The notes below the pieces were generated by a model. The model searched no databases and was not told the origin of the DNA. It saw nothing but the letters and a program-made list of their open reading frames with translations. Made by a program: the position numbers and the translations under genes. From a virus (lineage: Duplodnaviria; Caudoviricetes), in the IMG/VR virus record IMGVR_UViG_3300032285_001531: a stretch of DNA of 64,000 nucleotides. One strand, 5' to 3'. Shown here one piece after another: positions 55,101 to 64,000 of this stretch (its first letter is position 1; each line of letters opens with the position of its first letter).

Positions 55101-58100
55101 TAATACTGTGTTAGCTGCGTTAAAAGTTGTATTCACATTTGTAGTACTCGGATAGGCTGCAGAACTAGTAGCACCTGAAACTCCTAATACTGCTAATGAT
55201 GGTGGAGTAAAGTTACCTGTATAAACTGCAGTACCTTTTACAAATCGTAAATTTGATACATACGCATTAAGATATGGTCCTACTTTAATTGTCGTAGATC
55301 CTGTAGTAAGAGCTTGATTAGTAAAGGTTGCAGTAGTACTTCCCACTCCATCAACATACAATCTATAAACACCGGACTGACGAACTATTGCAAAGTGATG
55401 CCACCCATCTGTATTCCAATTATATGTGCTGGATACAGTTCCTCTGTATCCTGACCATCCACCTTCAACACTTGACGCAAAAACCCAAACACCAGTAAAG
55501 CCAGGATTTGATATACCTAAAGTCCAAATGTTTGTACCATCTGTAACTTCTAATATCGCATCATATCTACCTCCCGCAACTACTAACCAATTTACAGGAT
55601 CTATCCAGCATTCTACTGTAAAATCTGTGCTTGCACCTATTGCATAATCTGTACTGACAGTGCTTAAAATATTAATATTGGTTCCCGGAAAATATCCAGA
55701 TACTGATCCTGTAACTGGTATAGTTGAAGTTGTATAGTTAGTTCCGTTATTATTAGTAATACTATGAGGAGTGTTACTAGAATCTACAATAATAACTCCT
55801 GCACCAACCAATACAGGACTATTCCTATTTACACTAGTACCATCACCTACTTGGAAAGCACTGTTTATTCCAACTGCCCATGTACTATTATCATATTGAG
55901 TGAACAATGTATGTGTACTTCCAGCGGACACTGACTTCCAACTAGATGCGTCAGTTGATATTAATGTTGGGCTGGATCTATTTACTGCATCTATTAGACC
56001 TAATTGACTAGAAGTGTTTAATCCCCAAACATATAATTTGCTTGTAGATACACCTGCTGCGTGAGTTGCACCTGCACTTATATTAGACCATGATCTAGTT
56101 GCAGTTAATGCACCTTGTTGCCCTAAAGTGCCTACTCCCCATGCAAATAACAATCCATCACTTCGCAGTGCCATACTATGACTGAATCCAGCAGCAATGC
56201 CAATCCAACTACTATCTGCACCAATTAGTACTGGACTTGAATATGATATTGCATCACCTGTTCCTAATTGATAGGTTGAGTTTAATCCCCATGCCCATAG
56301 TCTACCTGCCGAATCAATTCCTAATGTATGACTTGCACCTGCACTTACTAAAGACCATTGTTCTGCTCCCACTTGAACCGGACTTGAATATGTTATTGCA
56401 TTTATTTTACCTAATTGACCCGCATTGTTATTTCCCCATGCAAACAAATAACCGTCCCATCTAATTGCAACAGTATGTCCACCAGCACCTTCACTTATTT
56501 GAGTATAACTTAAATCAGCATTACTTGCATTTGTAGATGCAATTGGTCCCCAAGTATATAAACCAACATTATTAGCACCTATCGCAATAACATGATCTAA
56601 TCCTGCTGCTGCTTGACTAAAGCTATATGTTCCTAAAACTTGAACAGGGCTTGATTTATTAATAGCAGTGCCATCACCTAATTGTTGTGAACTATTAAGT
56701 CCCCATGTAAATAATACACCATCATTTCTAATTGCGCCTGAGTTGGCTTGTCCACTGTATATAAAATTCCAACTATTGTCCGTACCAATTTGCACTGGGC
56801 TGGATCTATTAATTACATCTCCTAAACCTAATTGTCCTAAAGAATTAGTTCCCCATGACCAAATTGTGTTATCACTTCTTAAACCAACAGCAAATGAATT
56901 TCCTTCAGTGATTTGAGTCCATGAGTAAGGTAAGCTTACTATACCTAATGCACCTGTTGCACCATTACCCCACGCCCATAATGTTAAATCTGATTTAATA
57001 GCTACTGAATGATCTGCACCTGCTGAAATTGAAACCCAACTATTTGAACCACCTACTAATGTAGGACTTGATTTAGTAATTGATGTGCCATCACCTAAAC
57101 GATAGTTATTATTAAATCCCCATGCATACATAGAACCAGTTGAATTAATACCAAGCATGTGACTTAAACCAACACTTACTTGTGACCAACTACTTGTCGT
57201 TACTTGAACTGGTAATGATCTAATAGTACTAGCAGTTTGATTACTACCAAGAATACCTGATGTATCAAGTCCCCATGTGTATAAGAAGCCAGTGGCTAAA
57301 TCAATACCTGCCGATGCAGAAAGACCTGCGCTTATCTTAGTCCATAGTTGAACAGGTGCGCTAATCTGAACTGGAATACTACGGTCAACTGAGTCAGCTA
57401 CACCTAATTGATATGATGCATTTAATCCCCAACCCCAAAGTGTGTTATCACTACGAATAGCAAGAGTAAAGTTACTCTTACCTGCTGAAACTGCATTCCA
57501 ACTACTTGTACCAACCTGTACTGGACTTGATCTATTGTTTGTATCTGTTGGTGTTACTGCTAGTGCACCGTTGGCACCTAATCCCCATTCAAATAATAAT
57601 CCATCACTGCGAATTGCTGCGGTATGAGTTGAACCTGCACTCACTTTACTCCATGATAGTGCTCCAACTTGAACAGGTGAGCTTGCTGATGCAATAACAG
57701 TGTTAATAACTAATACAGGAGTTGATTTATTAACTAATGAAGCATCCCCTAATTGTCCACTTGTACCTAAACCAGATACTAATAATAATTTATTGCCTAA
57801 TATACCATACCATGTTGCACCACCTGCTGACACTTGTGCATAACTACTTGTACCTATCTGAACAGGACTTGAATACGTTGTTACATTACCTTGTCCTATT
57901 TGCCCTGAACTGTTTAATCCCCATGCAAATGCTGCACCGTCACTTCTTAGTGCTGCAGTAAATGATAACCCTGCTCCAACTTGAGTATAACTGCTACCAG
58001 AACCAACTTGATAAGGACTGCCTGTTGCGGCAACAATACCTGTGTTCAAGTTACCAACGTTAGTTGGCACTGCTTTTGTTGCAATTGTTATATCACCAAC

Positions 58101-61100
58101 CTGACCACTTGTGCCTAATCCCCAACCCCATAATAAGTTGTTAGTTTGAATTCCAAATCCTGTCGCAGCAGTTGCAGCAACTTGAGTATAACTACTAGTA
58201 CCAGCGGCAGATACTTGAACTGGACTAGATTTAGTCACGACTGTATTGTCACCTAATTGACTACTAGTGTTAAGTCCCCATCCCCATAATGTGCCATCTG
58301 TTTTAGTTGCTAGGGAGAAACTTGTACCTGCTGCTACTGATGACCAGCTACCTGCTACCGCAGTAACTTGTACTGGATATGACATGGAACCCATTAATCC
58401 TGACGAACCTAATTGAACTGGGCTTGATTTTGTGATTGCTGTACTATCAGCTATTTGTCCTACATTATTAGTACCCCAGTTATATATTGTATTATTGGTT
58501 GCAATTGCACCAGCCCATTGATTTAGTCCACTACCAAATGAACCCACTGCATTGAAACTTGTACCTGTTGCAAGCTGAACCGGAGCAGATTTAGTTATAG
58601 CAGTATTATCACCTAATTGTCCACCTGTATTAACTCCCCAGCCCCATAGTGTACCGTCTACTTTTAGTGCAACATTAAAATCTAGTCCTGCTGAAATTTG
58701 AGTGTATGAACTTACACCACCTATACCAGCAGCAGCAACTAATACAGGACTACTTCTACTAACCGCAGTTGTGCCTTGACCTACTTGACCTGAACTTCCT
58801 ATTCCCCATGCCCACAATGTAGTATCTGATCTAATAGCAATTACATGACTTGAACCAACTGAAACTTTGTTCCATGTATTACCTGTTATTTGAGTTGGTG
58901 TACTTCTGGTAGCTGCTGTGCCGTTGCCTATTTGACCACTAGTACCTGCACCAAACATCCATAAACCGCCACCAGTATCAATTGCTCCTGTAGTTTGATT
59001 ACCTGCGCTCACTTGGCCCCAGGTTATACCACCTGGAACTATAGTAAGTGTTGAACGATTATTTAAATCACCTACTCCTAAATTACCACTTGTATTGATT
59101 CCAACGCCATACATGTTACCACTAGTATCAATAGCCATAAGACTGTAGTTACCGTTAGCTATTTTACTCCAATTAGTTGCAACACCTATCTGTGTTGGAC
59201 TACTTCGGCTAATACCCGTATCACCTTGACCTAATTGACCGTATGTGTTATCACCCCATGCCCATAATGTGCCATCTGATCTAATTGCTGAAGTATTTGA
59301 TGCTCCTGCTGCAACTACACTCCAACTACTAGTACTTACTAATATCGGACTAGTTGTACTTGCAAATGCAGTGTTGTTACCAAATTGACCTTGTGCATTA
59401 GTTCCCCATGCAAACAATAATCCATCATTTCGTATCGCAACACCATGTAGTTGACCTACAACTAGTTGTGTCCAAGAAAATACTTGGTTGTTTATTAATG
59501 TTGATGTATTAATTCCCCATAAATAAAGTTTGTTTGTTGAGCTTACTGCGAGTACATGACTTGCTCCTGCACTAACTGTATTATAACTTAATGGACCTAA
59601 ATTGAAGTAGTTACCAATCTGAGTAGGACTTGACCGTGTTGTTATCGTACCTTCACCTAACTGGCCACCACTATTTAAACCCCAACTCCATAAAGTGTAA
59701 TCTGTTTTTAATCCGATAGAATATGAAACACCTGCAGTTACTTTATTAAAATAATCTGATCCTACTTGTGATGGTGTACTGAAAGCAGGTACAGTCGAAT
59801 TTAATAATGAAAACGGTCCTGTTTTATTCAAGGTATCATTATTACCTATTTGACCATTAGAATTATCACCCCATGCATAATATCTAGGTTCAGTTGATAC
59901 TGCTGCAGCATTTACACCAATGCTACCTGCACTAATAAATGTATAACTAACACCCGGAGTAATTTGAGTGTAGTTTGAAACTTGAATAGAATTAGAATTA
60001 TAGTTAAGACCCAATGCACCAGTTTGATTTACGCCAGCAGAATATAATTTACCTAATGTGTCTATCGCATAAGAATTTTGAAAGTTAGCAGCAACTTGAG
60101 TCCAACTTGTGCTACCTGGAACAATAGTAGGTATCGATCTACCAGTTGACGTTCCTATACCCAATTGTCCACCGCCATTGCCACCCCAACTATATTTTTC
60201 ACCTAACGTAGTGATAGCATGTGATTGCAACCAACCGGCAGCAATTTGAGTCCAACTTTTTGTAACTGTTGTTATTTTTGTCGGGTTAGATAAACTTTGC
60301 GTATTATTATGCCCTAAGTTACCTGCTAAACCATAACCCCATGTAAATAAATTACCATCAGAAGAAATTGCCATGCTATGGCTTGAACCTGCACTTACTG
60401 CTGTCCAACTAGTTAAGCCATAATTTACAGGGCTTGATTTATTAATGGTAGTACCGTCACCTAATTGACCTAAATTGTTGACTCCCCATGCGTAAATTTG
60501 TCCTAATGTATTAGTTGCTAATGAGAAATTTGTTCCAGCGGAAACTGTTGACCAGTTAGCCAAAGCACCAATTTGTACTGGGCTGTTTCTATCTACAGTA
60601 GTACCTAATCCTAATTGTCCAGATGCATTGCTACCCCAAGCCCACAAAGTATTATCTGATTTAATTCCTAAAATATGTCCTGAACCAACACTCAATGTTG
60701 TCCATGAACCTGCAACTTGAACTGGACTTGATTTACTAATATTAGTACTATCTCCGATAGTACCATTGACATTATAACCCCATACCCAAAGAGTACCATC
60801 AGTTCGTATTAGCGCACCGTTGTTTCCATTATTATATGCTTTTGAAACCAAAGTATTTTCAGGAAAAACATTACCGCCTAATATAACACTGGCTTGTTGT
60901 CCCCATGCATACAATCTACTTGCACTATCAAGTGCTAACCCATGTAGTGTACCTAATGCTACGTTAATGAAACTTGTGCCTGCCGCAATTTGAACTGGAC
61001 TTGATTTACTGATTAATGTGTTATCACCTAACTGTCCACTTGTGCCTAGTCCCCAAGCAAATAATTTACCATCACTACTAACAGCAGCAGTGTGACTTGG

Positions 61101-62090
61101 ACCAACTGCAACATCTGTCCATGTACCAACACCTACTACTGTAGGACTTGAACGTGTTAATGTTTGTCCATCACCAATTTGTCCACTTGCACCTAATCCC
61201 CATGTCCATAATGAACCATCACTACGAATAGCTGCTGAATGTGAACCTGAACCTGATGCAATCTTTGTCCATGAATATGCTTGATTACCTTGTAAGCCGA
61301 TTGCAGTTGCAATTCCCCATACCCATAATGTGCCATCATTTCTAACAGCAGCAGTATGACTTTGTCCTGCACTTACTGTTGTCCAGCTATTGTTTAATCC
61401 AATTTGTATAGGACTACTTTGATTTGCTACTAATGCATTACCTAATTGAGATTGAGAGTTTAATCCCCATGCATATAGTGTGCCATCACTACGTATAGCT
61501 GTTGCAAAGCTTGTTCCAGCACTTACTGCTGTCCAACTATTTGAACCAATTAATACTGGACTTGAACGATTGAGTGTTGTACTATCACCAACTTGTCCTG
61601 CATTGTTTACACCCCACCCATATAGTGATCCGGTGAGTGTAGCAGCGTAAGTATTTGAAGTTCCTGCACCAACTTTAGACCAGTTATTTAATGTACCGAT
61701 TTGAACTGGACTTGATTTGTTAATTGTAGTACCATCACCAATTTGACCTGAACTGTTAAGTCCCCATGCAAATAGAGTATTATCACCACGTACTGCTACA
61801 GTATGTATATCGCCAACTGCAACAGATAACCAAGTACCAGGTATCTGAGTTGGATTTGATCTAGTTAATTGAAATCCATCACCTAATTGACCGTTAGTAC
61901 CTAAGCCCCACATCATTAAACTACCATTGCTAGTAATACCAGCAGCATGACTAGGACCGCCTACTATTTGTGTGAACGAACCTGGTAATATACCGTAACC
62001 CAATTGTCCAGAGGTGCCTAAACCCCAGTTAAATAATTGGTTACTTGCATACGGTGTTTGTGCTTTAAGTAATAAGTCTCTGAAAAACAT
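52143..62090 (-). CDS. Giant RCC1/BLIP-II-type beta-propeller repeat protein (3315 aa) with one LamG insert; putative virion adhesin
   Basis: Same repeat as 40251..52142; LamG core FTVECWIDP...WHHFAIVRQ...SNLRFVKG. Directly downstream of the tail-fibre chaperone. Confidence 0.85.
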   Translation of the reverse strand: MFFRDLLLKAQTPYASNQLFNWGLGTSGQLGYGILPGSFTQIVGGPSHAAGITSNGSLMMWGLGTNGQLGDGFQLTRSNPTQIPGTWLSVAVGDIHTVAVRGDNTLFAWGLNSSGQIGDGTTINKSSPVQIGTLNNWSKVGAGTSNTYAATLTGSLYGWGVNNAGQVGDSTTLNRSSPVLIGSNSWTAVSAGTSFATAIRSDGTLYAWGLNSQSQLGNALVANQSSPIQIGLNNSWTTVSAGQSHTAAVRNDGTLWVWGIATAIGLQGNQAYSWTKIASGSGSHSAAIRSDGSLWTWGLGASGQIGDGQTLTRSSPTVVGVGTWTDVAVGPSHTAAVSSDGKLFAWGLGTSGQLGDNTLISKSSPVQIAAGTSFINVALGTLHGLALDSASRLYAWGQQASVILGGNVFPENTLVSKAYNNGNNGALIRTDGTLWVWGYNVNGTIGDSTNISKSSPVQVAGSWTTLSVGSGHILGIKSDNTLWAWGSNASGQLGLGTTVDRNSPVQIGALANWSTVSAGTNFSLATNTLGQIYAWGVNNLGQLGDGTTINKSSPVNYGLTSWTAVSAGSSHSMAISSDGNLFTWGYGLAGNLGHNNTQSLSNPTKITTVTKSWTQIAAGWLQSHAITTLGEKYSWGGNGGGQLGIGTSTGRSIPTIVPGSTSWTQVAANFQNSYAIDTLGKLYSAGVNQTGALGLNYNSNSIQVSNYTQITPGVSYTFISAGSIGVNAAAVSTEPRYYAWGDNSNGQIGNNDTLNKTGPFSLLNSTVPAFSTPSQVGSDYFNKVTAGVSYSIGLKTDYTLWSWGLNSGGQLGEGTITTRSSPTQIGNYFNLGPLSYNTVSAGASHVLAVSSTNKLYLWGINTSTLINNQVFSWTQLVVGQLHGVAIRNDGLLFAWGTNAQGQFGNNTAFASTTSPILVSTSSWSVVAAGASNTSAIRSDGTLWAWGDNTYGQLGQGDTGISRSSPTQIGVATNWSKIANGNYSLMAIDTSGNMYGVGINTSGNLGVGDLNNRSTLTIVPGGITWGQVSAGNQTTGAIDTGGGLWMFGAGTSGQIGNGTAATRSTPTQITGNTWNKVSVGSSHVIAIRSDTTLWAWGIGSSGQVGQGTTAVSRSSPVLVAAAGIGGVSSYTQISAGLDFNVALKVDGTLWGWGVNTGGQLGDNTAITKSAPVQLATGTSFNAVGSFGSGLNQWAGAIATNNTIYNWGTNNVGQIADSTAITKSSPVQLGSSGLMGSMSYPVQVTAVAGSWSSVAAGTSFSLATKTDGTLWGWGLNTSSQLGDNTVVTKSSPVQVSAAGTSSYTQVAATAATGFGIQTNNLLWGWGLGTSGQVGDITIATKAVPTNVGNLNTGIVAATGSPYQVGSGSSYTQVGAGLSFTAALRSDGAAFAWGLNSSGQIGQGNVTTYSSPVQIGTSSYAQVSAGGATWYGILGNKLLLVSGLGTSGQLGDASLVNKSTPVLVINTVIASASSPVQVGALSWSKVSAGSTHTAAIRSDGLLFEWGLGANGALAVTPTDTNNRSSPVQVGTSSWNAVSAGKSNFTLAIRSDNTLWGWGLNASYQLGVADSVDRSIPVQISAPVQLWTKISAGLSASAGIDLATGFLYTWGLDTSGILGSNQTASTIRSLPVQVTTSSWSQVSVGLSHMLGINSTGSMYAWGFNNNYRLGDGTSITKSSPTLVGGSNSWVSISAGADHSVAIKSDLTLWAWGNGATGALGIVSLPYSWTQITEGNSFAVGLRSDNTIWSWGTNSLGQLGLGDVINRSSPVQIGTDNSWNFIYSGQANSGAIRNDGVLFTWGLNSSQQLGDGTAINKSSPVQVLGTYSFSQAAAGLDHVIAIGANNVGLYTWGPIASTNASNADLSYTQISEGAGGHTVAIRWDGYLFAWGNNNAGQLGKINAITYSSPVQVGAEQWSLVSAGASHTLGIDSAGRLWAWGLNSTYQLGTGDAISYSSPVLIGADSSWIGIAAGFSHSMALRSDGLLFAWGVGTLGQQGALTATRSWSNISAGATHAAGVSTSKLYVWGLNTSSQLGLIDAVNRSSPTLISTDASSWKSVSAGSTHTLFTQYDNSTWAVGINSAFQVGDGTSVNRNSPVLVGAGVIIVDSSNTPHSITNNNGTNYTTSTIPVTGSVSGYFPGTNINILSTVSTDYAIGASTDFTVECWIDPVNWLVVAGGRYDAILEVTDGTNIWTLGISNPGFTGVWVFASSVEGGWSGYRGTVSSTYNWNTDGWHHFAIVRQSGVYRLYVDGVGSTTATFTNQALTTGSTTIKVGPYLNAYVSNLRFVKGTAVYTGNFTPPSLAVLGVSGATSSAAYPSTTNVNTTFNAANTVLLLYTTPGASISGGPILYTSISAGSSHSSGINAAGQLFVWGQNSSWQLGDGTSVNKSSPTQIVSGTSSYTQVSLGLSTSGAVDSLGRLWVWGTGTGGQLAQVSNVLNQSYPVQVATGTSWSQISMGYSHTLAVKSDGTLWAWGKNSDGQLGIWTSVPAGVNTSSPVQVPAPGTNWSSISAGISHSLGIQTNGTIWGWGANDVGQVGYIPAAGSLYSWTQVKMAINATAGITHVAAIRSDGSLWTWGNNAVGQLGVGDSANRSSPVQVGGLSNYSQISLGASHTLAVKSDGTLWGWGSNANWQLGLGAADSINRSSPVQISAGDSWSAISAGSQHSSGIDTYGKLFYWGTTVPTQNIIWSWTSISVGGSHTVGIRNDGKLFTWGSNTGGQLGDGTTLSRSSPNQVGNSSWSAISAGGGFTLAIKPDGTLWTWGSNGAGQLGLRDGVFRSSPTQVTIPSITWSKVSGGGIHALAIDTSGLLYAWGLGSSGELGQGNAASYSSPTPIGLSNWSVVSAGQSFSLAIDSTGRLFGFGAGQFGRLGLYNTAGIVGDPTVNRSSPVQIGTGLWSAVAAGMTHAVGVRSDGTLYAWGNGVNGELGYGTAASRSSPTQINVGVSGYSQVLAGNGISAALKTDGTLFAWGLGTNGETGFNTAVNRSIPVQVLAAVNFSTLATGANSGDHMAALSSLGLLYTWGNGNAGQTGVGDVQSRSSPVNIGTTTGAAGSLSTNQYLPARIGTSSYTSVSAGQSYQTAIDTNYRLVAWGNNASGQLGIGNVATYSSPVIIGATSSWSQVQATLSFTYGILATTSALYSWGDNGGYQLGRFDLIARSSPVLTNAAATASFSQITAGSSWGMGITTALAGNYALYTWGGAATYETGQLGVAISVPTQLGTATSWTAIGGSAAINNNATLYIWGTSASGQQGEGTTYARSSPVILGYKINIVSPVQIASGSWSQVEAGKGSGFSLARDSNGTFYGWGQDSTGQIGI

Positions 62091-62092
62091 TT

Positions 62093-62581
62093 TTAATTAG
62101 GTTCAATAGGCCAAATAAAGTCATATATATTTATTTCATTAGAAATGCACTGATTTGGAAGATCCCTTAGTGCTTGCCTATAATTTGCCCAATTTGTTTT
62201 CCATTCCTCATCATGAATAGTTTGAACATCTGCTAATTGTGTCCAGTCACTTTTTGATATACGACTGTCTCTTTCAATACGCACTGCAGCAAGTGCAGCA
62301 TTGAATAATTCTTCAGGAGTTATTGTAGTTGGAGGATAATCTTTGACTACCGCACGTTCATAAACTTTATTATCAGTGAAACTATAATCATAAGATTCTA
62401 TATACTGTGTGTTAGTATCGCAATGGACATATACTTTCTGAACAGAGTATATACCAAAATTGTTTAATGTTTCTTCATCATCTTTTAATAGATGTAGTCC
62501 ACTAATATGCTCCCAGGCTTTTGGAAGCAAATCCCATTTTTCTGCCACTTGATTATCTCTAACTACTGCGAATTCTGCCAT
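62093..62581 (-). CDS. Tail fibre assembly chaperone
   Basis: VRIERDSRI..SDWTQL.DV...W..YRQALRDLP...WP.EP. Likely start ATG 62581. Confidence 0.8.
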   Translation of the reverse strand: MAEFAVVRDNQVAEKWDLLPKAWEHISGLHLLKDDEETLNNFGIYSVQKVYVHCDTNTQYIESYDYSFTDNKVYERAVVKDYPPTTITPEELFNAALAAVRIERDSRISKSDWTQLADVQTIHDEEWKTNWANYRQALRDLPNQCISNEINIYDFIWPIEPN

Positions 62582-62585
62582 AATT

Positions 62586-64000
62586 TTACCTACTATCAAT
62601 CATTACTAAAGAACCTCTCCAGTTCAGTCCACCGTCATCAGTGATAAAGACTAAAAGGTCTACACCAGTTGTAGTTAATGTTGGTGCAATGCTACTTGGC
62701 CATCTTACTGTAGTAGGCCATACTTGTACAAAGCTACCACCATTAGTTAATTCTAATACAAATCCTGATGCATTAGGTGATGCAGTTGGATTAGTAAATG
62801 CCCATGTAGTAATACCAGTTGAAGTTGCTGATACATAGCCGCCTAAGTTTAAGTTAATTGTCCTACTTCCTGAAACACTACCTAATTGATTTCTTACAAC
62901 TGCATAGTTTTGTAGTGTTAATCTATTTGCTGTATTATCAAATGTAAGACCTGGTGTACCTGCAAATGCACCAGCAGCATTGTACTGCAATTGAGTATTG
63001 CTACCTGAAACACCACCACCACCTGAAGGCGGGGAGAAGCTTACATTACCTGCACCATCTGTTGTTAATACGTAATTGAGTGAACCGCCTGTAATTTTTA
63101 CGTTAGATACATTACCAAGACTTACATTTGCCCCACTAAATGTTACATTACCGTTTGCTACTACTAAATTACCTGTACCACTTGCGCCAACAGTCAAGTC
63201 ACCTACTACACCAACTGAACCTGATACATTACCGTAGTATAGATATAGTGCTTGACTACCATCACGACCTTGAATACTGTTTGCTCTTACATAACCAGTG
63301 TTACCTGACATGATAAGACTGCTATTAGGACCAACTGTTAAACTAGTTAATGTGCCTAATCCAGTTATATTTGGCTGACTATTTGTAGTTAATGTACCAG
63401 TAAAGAAGTTTGCACTAGCTACATTACCTAAGTTAGCATTTGCTGCAGTTAGATTACCACTGATATTACCTGTGCCTAATATAATAACACCAGTAGTAGT
63501 AAATTGTGCTATATTTGCAGTATTTGCAACACTAACAGTAACATTCGCATTACTAGAACCAATATTTACATTACTATTACCATAAGTTATTGCATTACCT
63601 GAACCAGAACCACCTGCTATCCAACTTAGATTACTAGATCCATCAGTTGATAGCACATATCCAGGCGAGCCACCACTGATGCGTAGATTAGCATTGCTGC
63701 CTAAACTTACATTAGGACCAGTGAAGTTTACATTGCCACTTGCACTTAAGTTAGCAGTATTAACATTACCAACATTAGCATTACCAGTTGCACTTATTAT
63801 GCCACCGGTGTTAATATTTGCACCGGTAATATTAGAACTTGCACTAACAATTGCAGTGTTAACATTACCAACATTAGCATTACCAGTTGCACTTACTAGT
63901 CCACCAGTATTAATATTAGCACCAGTTACATTACCAGTTGCACTTACTAGTCCACCAGTATTAATATTAGCACCAGTTACATTACCAGTTGCACTTACTA
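62586..64000 (-). CDS. Tail fibre protein, 5'-partial (frame open to window end)
   Basis: G/N/T-rich fibre repeats, GGSxGYVL.TDG.GNLSW segments, GSNTQLQYN; C-terminal WP..V.W...APTLT..G.D...F.T.DGG..W module. Confidence 0.8.
   Translation of the reverse strand, partial: VSATGNVTGANINTGGLVSATGNVTGANINTGGLVSATGNANVGNVNTAIVSASSNITGANINTGGIISATGNANVGNVNTANLSASGNVNFTGPNVSLGSNANLRISGGSPGYVLSTDGSSNLSWIAGGSGSGNAITYGNSNVNIGSSNANVTVSVANTANIAQFTTTGVIILGTGNISGNLTAANANLGNVASANFFTGTLTTNSQPNITGLGTLTSLTVGPNSSLIMSGNTGYVRANSIQGRDGSQALYLYYGNVSGSVGVVGDLTVGASGTGNLVVANGNVTFSGANVSLGNVSNVKITGGSLNYVLTTDGAGNVSFSPPSGGGGVSGSNTQLQYNAAGAFAGTPGLTFDNTANRLTLQNYAVVRNQLGSVSGSRTINLNLGGYVSATSTGITTWAFTNPTASPNASGFVLELTNGGSFVQVWPTTVRWPSSIAPTLTTTGVDLLVFITDDGGLNWRGSLVMIDSR
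63880..64000 (-). repeat. Perfect 51-bp tandem repeat (17-aa unit VSATGNVTGANINTGGL) in tail fibre
   Basis: Unit ttaccagttgcacttactagtccaccagtattaatattagcaccagttaca at 63880-63930 and 63931-63981, partial from 63982. Degenerate copies continue toward 63750. Confidence 0.9.

Noticed and set aside
40251-62090. CRISPR array or diversity-generating retroelement among the many DNA repeats
   Set aside because: The repeats are degenerate, codon-phased protein repeats with no constant repeat/unique spacer pattern. No reverse transcriptase or TR/VR pair is seen.
2413-62838. Numerous 60-150 aa opposite-strand ORFs in the track (for example 2413..2664, 3062..3265, 5076..5366, 13795..14076, 43621..44073, 54434..54706)
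   Set aside because: They are antisense shadows of well-supported genes or tRNAs, with no RBS or recognisable motifs.

Overview
This window is an AT-rich segment of a large, tailed dsDNA phage genome (T4-like/jumbo myovirus type). Support for that call: PAAR protein, tail fibre plus chaperone, NrdAB with glutaredoxin, CCA-encoding tRNAs, and recurrent (T/A)ATAAATA late-promoter-like boxes. It uses the standard genetic code (TAA, TGA and TAG all end genes). Left to right: (1) 0-6 kb accessory/RNA region with probable virion-associated small proteins, a stand-alone pqqA PQQ-precursor gene that the ORF track misses, a structured ncRNA candidate split by a looped-out GIY-YIG-like homing endonuclease, five tRNAs, an HNH nuclease, a leader-peptide/terminator attenuator candidate, a cysteine-free peroxiredoxin homologue, and an SGNH hydrolase-rubredoxin-rubrerythrin operon. 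(2) 6-23 kb tailoring-enzyme island: 7 radical SAM enzymes (one B12-type), 6 2OG-Fe(II)-like oxygenases, and QueC-like, PLP-dependent, kinase-like, GNAT, methyltransferase and glycosyltransferase genes. (3) 23-31 kb: SleB-type hydrolase, baseplate-region genes, PAAR, glutaredoxin, nrdB, nrdA. (4) 31-40 kb: ADP-heptose synthesis genes and a glycosyl/methyltransferase block. (5) 40-62 kb: two giant RCC1-type beta-propeller proteins (3315 and 3963 aa) with six LamG cassettes, in one continuous 21.8-kb frame broken only by TAA-ATG. (6) 62-64 kb: tail-fibre chaperone and a partial tail fibre. All family assignments come from motif recognition by eye; no database searches were run.
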